Shown here piece after piece: positions 8,257-16,013 of a DNA stretch of 64,000 bases. The stretch's first letter is position 1, and each line of letters starts with the position of its first letter. This DNA comes from Pseudomonadota bacterium (GTDB taxonomy: Bacteria; Pseudomonadota; Alphaproteobacteria; Caulobacterales; Hyphomonadaceae). The notes beneath the pieces are model-generated. The model did no database searches. It was not told the origin of the DNA and worked only from the letters and a program-made list of their open reading frames with translations. Position numbers and translations under genes: made by a program. Location of the stretch: the NCBI GenBank assembly GCA_038527765.1, contig JBCBFK010000004.1, forward strand, positions 192,970-256,969, in the 5' to 3' direction.

Positions 8257-9294
8257 ATGCATGGGCAATCGATCTTCGACCTGAACCTGCCAGCCTTGGA
8301 GCGCGTTGAAAACGTGACCCGGGCGCAGTTTGACGAAGAGGTCCGGCCTGCGGGCCGACCTGTCATCATGAAGAACGTCGTACAGCACTGGCCTGCTGTG
8401 CAGGCGGCTCAAGCGTCTCAACAGCAACTGGCAGCGCATTTGCGGGATCTTGATGTTGGGGCAAACGTCCCGGCGTTCGTTGCGCCGCCCGAAGTCGAAG
8501 GGCGATACTTTTACACGCCCGACATGCGTCGGTTCACGTTCGAGACGCGCCAGATTCCGTTTCGCGCGATTGTCGACAAGTTGCTTGAGCTTAGCTCGCA
8601 AGCGCGCCCGATCGGCGTCTATGCTGGGGCCTCGCCGACCGTGAATACGTTGCCCCAGTTTGCAAACATCAATCCGATGCCCTTGGTTGACGCCGAAACG
8701 ATCCCGAAAGTCTGGCTCAGCAATTCAGCGCGCATCGCTCCTCATTTCGACATTTCAGAGAACATTGCGTGTCTGGTCTCGGGCGAAAGACGATTTGTGA
8801 TCTTCCCGCCAGAGCAGATCGCAAATCTCTATGTCGGTCCGATCGACTATAACATGGCTGGCCAACCAGCGAGCATGGTAGACCTCACAAATATCGACCT
8901 CACCCAATTCCCGAAATTCGAAACGGCGGCAGCAACGGCTCAGATTGCAGAGCTAGACCCCGGCGATGCGGTCTATCTGCCAAGCTTGTGGTGGCATTTC
9001 GTGGAATCCAAAGGGCCGTTCAACGTGCTTGTAAATTACTGGTTCGACCATCTGAAGCATGGCACGCCAATGAACGTCCTGGCCCTCGCGCTCTTGGTCT
9101 TGCGAGATCTTCCAGAGAACGATCGGACGGCCTGGAAGTCAGTGTTCGAACACTATGTCTTCGACGAAGATGCCGCGCATGCCGTGGACCATATTCCTGA
9201 CGCGTTCCGGGGCGTGCTTGGACAAGGCTCGCCGGATCGGGACGCCAAGCTTAAAACCTATCTGCAAGCTCACCTGCCAAACATACTTAAATGA
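8257..9294 (+). CDS. Cupin-like / JmjC-type domain protein (putative Fe(II)/2OG oxygenase)
   Basis: 345 aa with an HxD (APHFDIS) and a distal His (LWWHFVES) in a cupin beta-sandwich context. Confidence 0.72.
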   Translation: MHGQSIFDLNLPALERVENVTRAQFDEEVRPAGRPVIMKNVVQHWPAVQAAQASQQQLAAHLRDLDVGANVPAFVAPPEVEGRYFYTPDMRRFTFETRQIPFRAIVDKLLELSSQARPIGVYAGASPTVNTLPQFANINPMPLVDAETIPKVWLSNSARIAPHFDISENIACLVSGERRFVIFPPEQIANLYVGPIDYNMAGQPASMVDLTNIDLTQFPKFETAAATAQIAELDPGDAVYLPSLWWHFVESKGPFNVLVNYWFDHLKHGTPMNVLALALLVLRDLPENDRTAWKSVFEHYVFDEDAAHAVDHIPDAFRGVLGQGSPDRDAKLKTYLQAHLPNILK

Positions 9295-9300
9295 ACAGGT

Positions 9301-10380
9301 CTAAGCCACTTTGTGGGCCCGTAGACTGAATTTCACATCGCTCGACGCAGAAAATTTGGCTTGCGTGGCCTGCTCTGTAGCAATGTCGATGAGATCGGTT
9401 GACGTCATGCCGGGTTGGAACGCAGCGCCCCCGAAGGCGCATTGAATGTAGCCGACCAGTTCATCACTCGGTTTTTTGACAATCTTGAAGTGATCGAGCT
9501 CTTCGATGATGCTCCGCGCCAGGTTGGCCGCATCGGCATATGGTGACTTGGGCAGCAGAATCGCGAGCTCCGATCCCGCAAAGCGCGCGCAGACGCCGAT
9601 CTCACCTACACTCTTGGCGACAATCCCGGAGAGGGATTTCAGAATGAACTCGGAAATGTCGATATTGGCGGTCAGACACAAGTCCTGAATGTTCTTCACA
9701 CTCACAACCATCACGGTCAGCGAGTAGCCATTTGCCAGAGCTTTTTTGGTGTTCTCTTCGATCAACGCTTCAAACTGTGGTCGACTGATGAGCTTGGTAA
9801 GACGATCCCGCATGAGGTTCTCTCTGAACTGTCCAACCTTTGAGCTGAGCTGAGAGATTTCATCATGCGTGCTCTGAAGCGCGACTTGAATCTTTTGCGC
9901 AGACTCCTGTGATGAAACCGTGTGATCGATGATTTCATCGAGCGCCTCGATAATCTCTTCTGGTGAGGACGTTTTTGGCAAATTGTTCTTTGCATGACCC
10001 ATGGTCGCGACATACTCGTCAGCGCTGGAAATGGCGTCTGTCACCAGGGATTGCGCCCCAGCGACTTTGGCTTCGATTGCCTGGCTGATATCCTGAAGTT
10101 GGTCAGACTGATTGGTCTCCCGGATCCATTTGTCATATAGCTCATTCAACTCGACTGAAGTGATCCCGCGCTCGCGCGCTAAAATACTGTCGAGGTCCGC
10201 GACGAGCTTTTTGTTTTTGCTCGAAACATATTCAAACCACACCGCATACGTATTGGGATCCGCAGACGTTCTATATCTATGGATCAGCTTAAGGGCCTGT
10301 CGTCCGAGTTTGAATGTGGGCGACTGCGCGGGCGAAAGCGTTTGGTCACTTTGTGGCTGAGACGGGGTAGCGTTCGACAT
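9301..10380 (-). CDS. GGDEF-domain protein with degenerate active site (AGSEL) and N-terminal coiled-coil region
   Basis: The C-terminal GGDEF fold blocks are RDRLTKLISRPQFE and ARFAGSELAILLP. The signature GG(D/E)EF is replaced by AGSEL. ATG 10380 is preferred over TTG 10395. Confidence 0.72.
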   Translation of the reverse strand: MSNATPSQPQSDQTLSPAQSPTFKLGRQALKLIHRYRTSADPNTYAVWFEYVSSKNKKLVADLDSILARERGITSVELNELYDKWIRETNQSDQLQDISQAIEAKVAGAQSLVTDAISSADEYVATMGHAKNNLPKTSSPEEIIEALDEIIDHTVSSQESAQKIQVALQSTHDEISQLSSKVGQFRENLMRDRLTKLISRPQFEALIEENTKKALANGYSLTVMVVSVKNIQDLCLTANIDISEFILKSLSGIVAKSVGEIGVCARFAGSELAILLPKSPYADAANLARSIIEELDHFKIVKKPSDELVGYIQCAFGGAAFQPGMTSTDLIDIATEQATQAKFSASSDVKFSLRAHKVA

Positions 10381-10447
10381 GAAATACAAATCCAAGAGAG
10401 ATGATCATGTTTTGCTTAAACTACCTTGGGTTGAATTCCGATTAATA

Positions 10448-10489
10448 AAGACAAAAGAATAAAGCGTATCGTGAACCACAATACGCTTT
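10448..10489 (-). terminator. Rho-independent terminator of phoH
   Basis: A perfect 9-bp stem (AAAGCGTAT / ATACGCTTT, 10461-10469 and 10481-10489) is followed on the minus strand by a TTTATTCTTTTGT tract. It lies about 50 nt after the phoH stop. Confidence 0.6.
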
Positions 10490-10538
10490 AGACTTTGAAA
10501 GAGTGATTTCTTTACCGACCGCGAAGCAGATAGGTCGC

Positions 10539-11348
10539 TTAGAGCACGTCCAGCATTTCCGCCACCAAGGGGTGACGCACAACATCTTGGCCTTGCAGTC
10601 GAATGACCGAAGCGCCAGCGAGTTTTTCGAGCCGCTCGGCCGCTTTTCCAAGCCCGGAGAGTTCTGGAAGCAGATCGCTCTGCGCCGGATCGCCAGTGAC
10701 CACCATGGTCGAGTGCCACCCGAGCCGGGTCAGAAGCATTTTGATCTGCGTGTAAGTACAATTCTGTGCTTCATCGATGACAACAAAGGCATTGTTGAGT
10801 GTGCGTCCGCGCATGAAGCCGATCGGGGCGATCTCAATCAGGCCTTCCCCCATCATGTGCTTGAGTTGTTGAGGACTGAGGCGATCGGAGAGCGCGTCAT
10901 AGAGCGGGCGCAAGTAGGGTGCCAGCTTGTCTTCCATGGCCCCCGGCAAGAAGCCAATTTGCTCACCGGCCTCGACGGCGGGTCGGGAGAGGATAATGCG
11001 CGCTACTTTGCCTTTTTGAAGCGCTTCGACGGCCTTGCAGATGGCGAGATAGGTCTTGCCGGTTCCCGCGGGCCCCAAGGCACAGACGAGTGATTTATCT
11101 TCTAAAGCTTCGAGCAAGCGAGCCTGATTCTCAGATCGGGGTTTGACCGTTTTCTGATATCGCTGATTGCGCGAACCATGGGCTGGCGCCGGGGTTCGTT
11201 TCGGGTCATCCGAATCATCGGGGTGCCAGTCATTTCCTCCAGGTATTGCATAGAGCTGTGTCTCGCGCGCGGCGCCTTTCTCAAAGAAATTCGAAGCGTC
11301 GAAGGCGGCTTGTGCTTTCTGGCGTTTCGTTGCGGCGCGTTTACCCAT
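10539..11348 (-). CDS. phoH: PhoH family ATPase
   Basis: 269 aa with Walker A (GPAGTGKTYLA), the PhoH blocks AFVVIDEAQN and VVTGDPAQSDL, and an AAGGAG RBS 7 nt upstream of the ATG. Confidence 0.9.
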   Translation of the reverse strand: MGKRAATKRQKAQAAFDASNFFEKGAARETQLYAIPGGNDWHPDDSDDPKRTPAPAHGSRNQRYQKTVKPRSENQARLLEALEDKSLVCALGPAGTGKTYLAICKAVEALQKGKVARIILSRPAVEAGEQIGFLPGAMEDKLAPYLRPLYDALSDRLSPQQLKHMMGEGLIEIAPIGFMRGRTLNNAFVVIDEAQNCTYTQIKMLLTRLGWHSTMVVTGDPAQSDLLPELSGLGKAAERLEKLAGASVIRLQGQDVVRHPLVAEMLDVL

Positions 11349-11381
11349 GAGGATCTCCTTTTAGGACTGATGGTTGGGCAG

Positions 11382-11411
11382 AAAAAAACCGCCGTGCCAA
11401 AGGCAGGGCGG
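11382..11411 (-). terminator. Intrinsic terminator located upstream of phoH (leader attenuator or sRNA terminator)
   Basis: The minus-strand RNA reads CCGCCCUGCC-UUU-GGCACGGCGG followed by U7. This gives 9 of 10 stem pairs. It ends 33 nt before the phoH ATG. Confidence 0.65.
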
Positions 11412-11565
11412 TCGATGAATCAGCGGGGAGTGTCAGAGCGTCCGGACCGGACTCTATGGCCCTGGACGTTGGTGGTGTTTGCGAGCCTGGTCGATGGACC
11501 ATCAGCAATCTGCCTCCCGAATCTCTACCTTGAATTACACACTAAGAGGGTTAACCGAGTGTGAC
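11412..11565 (-). ncRNA. Candidate structured leader RNA / sRNA preceding the 11382-11411 terminator
   Basis: This is non-coding minus-strand sequence with several complementary segments seen by eye: 11538-11543/11558-11563, 11496-11502/11456-11462, and a hairpin at 11435-11455. The 5' end is unknown and no family is recognised. Confidence 0.35.
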
Positions 11566-11605
11566 AGAGATAATCCGCGCGCGAAACAAATGATGGGAGA
11601 CTGAC

Positions 11606-12139
11606 ATGGCTTTATTCGATCTGGACGGGGTTTGCCCAACTCTTCCGCAATCTGGAAATTACTGGGTGGCTGAGAACGCAATAGTCCTTGGCAATGTGAT
11701 TCTCGAAGAGAACGCCTCTGTCTGGTTCAATGCCGTTTTGCGGGGCGATAATGACCCGATTACAATTGGCGAGAACTCAAATGTTCAGGATGGCAGCGTG
11801 CTGCATACCGACATTGGTTGCCCTCTTAACATCGGCAAGGACGTCACGATTGGTCATTTGGCGATGCTGCATGGCTGCACGATTGGAGACGAAACACTGA
11901 TCGGTATCGGCGCGACCGTGCTTAACCGGGCTCAGATCGGCAAGAACTGTATCATTGGAGCGCACGCGCTGATCCCAGAGGGCAAGGTGATTCCCGACAA
12001 CTCTCTCGTCATGGGCGCGCCTGGAAAGGTCGTGAAAGAGCTCAACGAAGCTCAAATCATGCTGATCAAGGGCTCCGCTCAAGTCTATGTCGACAACTGG
12101 AAGCGTTTCAAAGCCGGGTTGATGCGGATCGATGGGTAA
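11606..12139 (+). CDS. Gamma-class carbonic anhydrase family protein (hexapeptide repeat, YrdA/PaaY-like)
   Basis: 177 aa with left-handed beta-helix repeats and the conserved [14 protein letters not shown] and [13 protein letters not shown] blocks. Confidence 0.9.
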   Translation: MALFDLDGVCPTLPQSGNYWVAENAIVLGNVILEENASVWFNAVLRGDNDPITIGENSNVQDGSVLHTDIGCPLNIGKDVTIGHLAMLHGCTIGDETLIGIGATVLNRAQIGKNCIIGAHALIPEGKVIPDNSLVMGAPGKVVKELNEAQIMLIKGSAQVYVDNWKRFKAGLMRIDG

Positions 12140-12170
12140 CGACCCCGCACCCCTTCAATCTGATGTTTAG

Positions 12171-12206
12171 CGCGCTCACCCTGAGCGAAGGCGAAGGGCG
12201 AGCGCG
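12171..12206. repeat. GC-rich palindromic hairpin between convergent genes
   Basis: CGCGCTCACCC-tgagcgaaggcgaa-GGGCGAGCGCG forms an 11-bp stem with one mismatch. There is no U-tract on either strand. It may act as an mRNA-stabilising or termination element. Confidence 0.45.
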
Positions 12207-12220
12207 TTAGAGTTTGGACC

Positions 12221-14236
12221 TTACTCGAGCTCTCCGTTGAATACCTGCTCGAAGAACATGGTTTCAGTTTCACGTTGGAAATCACGATTGGATTTTTTGC
12301 GGAAGCCATGGCCTTCATCCATCGCCATCAGGAACCAGGCCTCGACATCATTGTCTTTGACCGCCTCGAGGATCTGCTCGGCCTCCGTATAAGGTACGCG
12401 AGGGTCATTATAGCCTTGAATGATAAAGATCGGCTTGGTGATCTTATCGGCATTACGGAGGGGTGAGATCTCTTCAAAGAACGTAGCGACCTCTGGATCA
12501 CGCTCATCCCCATATTCGGCGCGGCGCAAATCGCGGCGGTAGCCTTTGGTGTTGGTCAAGAAGGTCTTGAAGTCGGAGATCCCAACGATGTTGACGCCGG
12601 CAGCGACCCGGTCGGCATAATCAATCATCGATGCGAGCACCATGTAGCCGCCATATGAACCACCAAAGACAACGACGCGGTCTTTGTCCAAATCTGGCTG
12701 CGTTTCAACCCAGTCGAGCAAGGCGCCAATGTCCTCAACGGACTTCTTGCGGTTTAAACCATTGTCGAGGGAAACATAGGTTTTGCCATAGCCGGAAGAT
12801 CCCCGCACGTTCGGCACAACGACGGCTGCGCCGAGTTCCTTCACCCAATACTGATAGGTGGAGGAGAAGGAGGGCCTCGCCTGACCTTCAGGGCCGCCAT
12901 GTATTGAGATGATAACGGGATGCGGTCCTTCGCCTTCCGGGCGATAGAAAAAGGCCGGAATGTCCATCTCGTCATAGTTCGGATATGTGAACAGCTCAGG
13001 TTCGGCAAAGCCGCTTGTGTCCATGCCGCCCACTTCGGCGGTGGTCCATCGTGTAAGCTCGCCGGTCTCAATATTGGCCGACCAGGCATCTGCCGGGCTG
13101 GTGGCTGCGGAGAAAGTGAAGCCGATCTGGGTCCCATCCGGATGGAACGACACGCCGCCGACAATGCCGACGGGAAGGGCGGGACCATCGCTGATCTCAC
13201 CGGTTTCCAGATCCAACATCTTGATCGTACCGAGTCCGCCTTCATTCAAGGTGAAGGCCACCATGCTCTCATCTGGGGAGATATCATACCCCGCGACATC
13301 CCAGTTGATTTCGCTGGTATAATTGATCTCCTCACCGGTCTCTGGATTGATCCGGATCAGGTTCTTGAAGTCGGACCCTTTGTCCGTCGAGCTCAGCAGA
13401 GTGCCGTCCGAGAGTAAAAGCCCGCCATTGTAGGCAACGTCGTCGTCTGGATTGATTTCGGTCGCTTCACCCGTAGCAACATCAATCACAAAAAGCCGGC
13501 TCTTGGTGATAGAGATATAACGCTGAGCCAGCAATTGATCGCCCTCCGGAGAGAAATCGACGGTAAAAATCGCCCCTTCGCCTTCTAGAAGTACGCGCGT
13601 TGAGTCCGGATCAGACGGATCACCAATCAATATGTCATAGTCTGGATCACCGTCGGTGGCTTGGTACCAAGCGCCCTGGGTTCCGGCATCATTCCAGACA
13701 AAAGATCCGTTGCGGGTGCCTGGTTCAGTGAACGCCAGCGTTTCGCCAGTCTCCATGTCATAACGATAGGCCTGGAAAAACTCATCGCCGCCTGTGTCCT
13801 TCGAGAAAACGAAGGATCGGCCGTCTGGTGCAGCGCTCGCGCCACCGACCGGCTCGCTATAGAATGTGATTTGCTTGCGGGCCCCCAGAGGTGTGGTCAC
13901 TTCGTGAATTTGGCTGACTTCACCGAAGCGCGTTGAGATAAGAATGCCGTCATTGGTCCAAGCCTGAAAGCCATGACCGCGAACGTTCTGATACTGGCGC
14001 AAACGCTCTTTGACGCTTCCAGGGATCTCTGGAATGCCTTCCATGACCAGATTACCGACCTCAACGCGCATATCGTCTTCTGGCGTGGCGTCGACCACGG
14101 CCGCCTCAACAGCTTCGGTTTCAGTTTCAGCAACTGTGGCTTCAGCGGTGAGCGATTCGGTCACGTCGATTGAGACGCATCCTGCAAGCGTGAGCGTAAA
14201 CGCGCTGGTCATAAGCAGAGAGAGTTTGGCGGTCAT
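12221..14236 (-). CDS. S9 family serine peptidase (prolyl oligopeptidase / dipeptidyl aminopeptidase type), lipoprotein
   Basis: 671 aa with a signal peptide and lipobox LAGC, a beta-propeller N-terminal region, and the catalytic GGSYGGYM, D and H (DEGHGF) blocks. Confidence 0.9.
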   Translation of the reverse strand: MTAKLSLLMTSAFTLTLAGCVSIDVTESLTAEATVAETETEAVEAAVVDATPEDDMRVEVGNLVMEGIPEIPGSVKERLRQYQNVRGHGFQAWTNDGILISTRFGEVSQIHEVTTPLGARKQITFYSEPVGGASAAPDGRSFVFSKDTGGDEFFQAYRYDMETGETLAFTEPGTRNGSFVWNDAGTQGAWYQATDGDPDYDILIGDPSDPDSTRVLLEGEGAIFTVDFSPEGDQLLAQRYISITKSRLFVIDVATGEATEINPDDDVAYNGGLLLSDGTLLSSTDKGSDFKNLIRINPETGEEINYTSEINWDVAGYDISPDESMVAFTLNEGGLGTIKMLDLETGEISDGPALPVGIVGGVSFHPDGTQIGFTFSAATSPADAWSANIETGELTRWTTAEVGGMDTSGFAEPELFTYPNYDEMDIPAFFYRPEGEGPHPVIISIHGGPEGQARPSFSSTYQYWVKELGAAVVVPNVRGSSGYGKTYVSLDNGLNRKKSVEDIGALLDWVETQPDLDKDRVVVFGGSYGGYMVLASMIDYADRVAAGVNIVGISDFKTFLTNTKGYRRDLRRAEYGDERDPEVATFFEEISPLRNADKITKPIFIIQGYNDPRVPYTEAEQILEAVKDNDVEAWFLMAMDEGHGFRKKSNRDFQRETETMFFEQVFNGELE

Positions 14237-14351
14237 GGGCGCAAAGTTCCTTTGAGCAAATCAGTAAATGTGTGACGAACCCGATGCGAGGCAAAGGGCG
14301 ATGCTTGGCCTTTGTTAACCATGTCACCAAGCAGTTTCAACTGAAACCAAT

Positions 14352-14720
14352 TCAGGGCTCTGGTTTGACTTCCCGGCGGGTTGCAACAAAGGCAATACCG
14401 ACCAGTATGGCGACGGCCATGGCTGACAATCCGATCAGCGTGTCTTTCAGGAACCAGGCACTGATCGCACCCGCAATCATCATCCCTCCAATAGCGGCGG
14501 TTTTGCTTTTTCGGCTGATCGTGCCGTCTTCGATGAAATTCTGAATGATCGGTCCCACGCCGGGACGCGCATAGATCCAATCGCGCACGCTGGGATGCGA
14601 TTCAGCCAGGCAAAAAGCGGCGATGATCCAGAAAATCGTGGTTGGCCAGAGCGGCAGAACCAGGCCAACAGCCCCGACGGTTAGGAACAGAAATCCGACA
14701 AGCGCCCAAAGCCACCTCAT
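14352..14720 (-). CDS. YbaN (DUF454) family inner membrane protein
   Basis: MRWLWALVGFLFLTVGAVGLVLPLWPTT is typical of DUF454. ATG 14720 overlaps the upstream gene's stop (ATGA). Confidence 0.8.
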   Translation of the reverse strand: MRWLWALVGFLFLTVGAVGLVLPLWPTTIFWIIAAFCLAESHPSVRDWIYARPGVGPIIQNFIEDGTISRKSKTAAIGGMMIAGAISAWFLKDTLIGLSAMAVAILVGIAFVATRREVKPEP

Positions 14721-15904
14721 GCAACCTCCGCGGCCGCCGCTGCGCTTGCCCAGGCCCATTGGAAATTGTACCCGCCAAGCCAACCGGTGACGTCGACGCA
14801 CTCACCGATAAAAAACAAACCGGGCTGTATTTTGCTTTCCATGGTTCGGGAAGATAGGGCGCGGGTACACACTCCGCCAGCCGTGACTTCCGCGGTTCGC
14901 CAGCCTTCCGTGCCAGCAGGTTTCAACTTCCAGTGCTTAAGCGCCTGCGCGATTTGATCCATTTGATGGTTCGAAAGCTCAGCGAGGCGAGTTGTTGGCC
15001 CCAAACCCAGCGTGCCGAGGAAGTAAGCCGCGAACCGGCTTGGGAAATGCTGATCGAGGAACTGTGTCACGTGCTGCCTTGGCGCAGAGGACTTTGCCTC
15101 TCGGATCAAATGCAGGACGTCCGCGCCGGGCAATAAATCGAACGCGATCGTCTCGCTTTGGTGCCAGTAGGATGAAACCTGAAGCACAGAAGGTCCGGAT
15201 AATCCACGATGGGTAAATAGCATGCTTTCGACAAAGCTGGGACCGCGTTCGGCGCGTGCCTCGACCGGCAAGGCAACGCCAGAAAGCTCAGAGAAAGCAA
15301 GCTTGTGGTCGTCTGTGAACGTCATCGGAACAAGCGCCGGGCGCGGTTCAATCAGGTCATGTCCAAATTGTTGCGCAATCTCGTAAGCGAACCCGGTGGC
15401 GCCGATTTTTGGAATCGAGAGACCGCCGGTTGCGATGATTAAGCTGTCGGAGGATACCAGACCATTGGATGTATGCGTCATAAAGAGATTGTCGCGTCGC
15501 TCCACACCGCGGATCTCCGTTTCCAATGCGAGATGCCCGCCCGCACGCGTCAACTCAGTGATCAGCATTTCGATGACCGCACCGCTTTTCTGATCACAGA
15601 AAAGCTGGCCGAGAGTCTTCTCGTGCCAGGTCAACTCATGCGCCGCCATCAAGTCGCAGAAATCCCCAGGCGTATATCGAGCAAGCGCCGATTTCGCGAA
15701 ATGAGGATTGTCCGAAAGAAAGCAATTCGGCGCGGTTTCAAGATTGGTGAAATTACAGCGACCACCGCCTGAGATTCGGATCTTCTCCGCCGGCTTCTTG
15801 GAATGGTCGAGCACACGGACCGAGCGCCCGCGCTGCGCAAGGCGTCCGCCGCAAAACAAACCGGCCGCTCCCCCTCCCAAAACTAAGGCCTCAACGTGTT
15901 CCAA
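14717..15904 (-). CDS. HI0933/BaiN-like NAD(P)/FAD-dependent flavoprotein
   Basis: It has the GGGAAGLFCG dinucleotide motif, RISGGGRCNFTN, and a C-terminal GECVDVTGWLGGYNFQWAW block. I chose TTG 15904 because longer starts (up to 16096) would overlap the divergent a2M gene. Confidence 0.82.
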   Translation of the reverse strand: MEHVEALVLGGGAAGLFCGGRLAQRGRSVRVLDHSKKPAEKIRISGGGRCNFTNLETAPNCFLSDNPHFAKSALARYTPGDFCDLMAAHELTWHEKTLGQLFCDQKSGAVIEMLITELTRAGGHLALETEIRGVERRDNLFMTHTSNGLVSSDSLIIATGGLSIPKIGATGFAYEIAQQFGHDLIEPRPALVPMTFTDDHKLAFSELSGVALPVEARAERGPSFVESMLFTHRGLSGPSVLQVSSYWHQSETIAFDLLPGADVLHLIREAKSSAPRQHVTQFLDQHFPSRFAAYFLGTLGLGPTTRLAELSNHQMDQIAQALKHWKLKPAGTEGWRTAEVTAGGVCTRALSSRTMESKIQPGLFFIGECVDVTGWLGGYNFQWAWASAAAAAEVA

Positions 15905-16013
15905 AATCCATTCCCGTGCGGACAATCGTGGCAAAAAAGTCTTTATTCCGCCCTGTTGGCGGCAAGCCGAAGCCGTGTAAAGGTTCTCGGTAACGAGAGG
16001 AAGGGACTTCAAT

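Noticed and set aside
10396-10460. CtrA-type TTAA-N7-TTAA boxes in this and other intergenic regions.
   Set aside because: Only isolated TTAA half-sites occur (for example 10423 and 29838/29860 with the wrong spacing). No full box was found by eye.
11178-11564. A 128-aa plus-strand ORF spanning the phoH start and the leader region.
   Set aside because: It is antisense to the phoH N-terminus, has no RBS or motif, and crosses the terminator hairpin. The region is better explained as non-coding leader.
11412-11600. The phoH-upstream RNA as a known housekeeping RNA (SRP/4.5S, 6S, tmRNA, RNase P).
   Set aside because: It lacks the SRP GGAAGCAGCC core, is far too short for tmRNA or RNase P, and does not form the single long rod with a central bubble expected of 6S RNA by eye.
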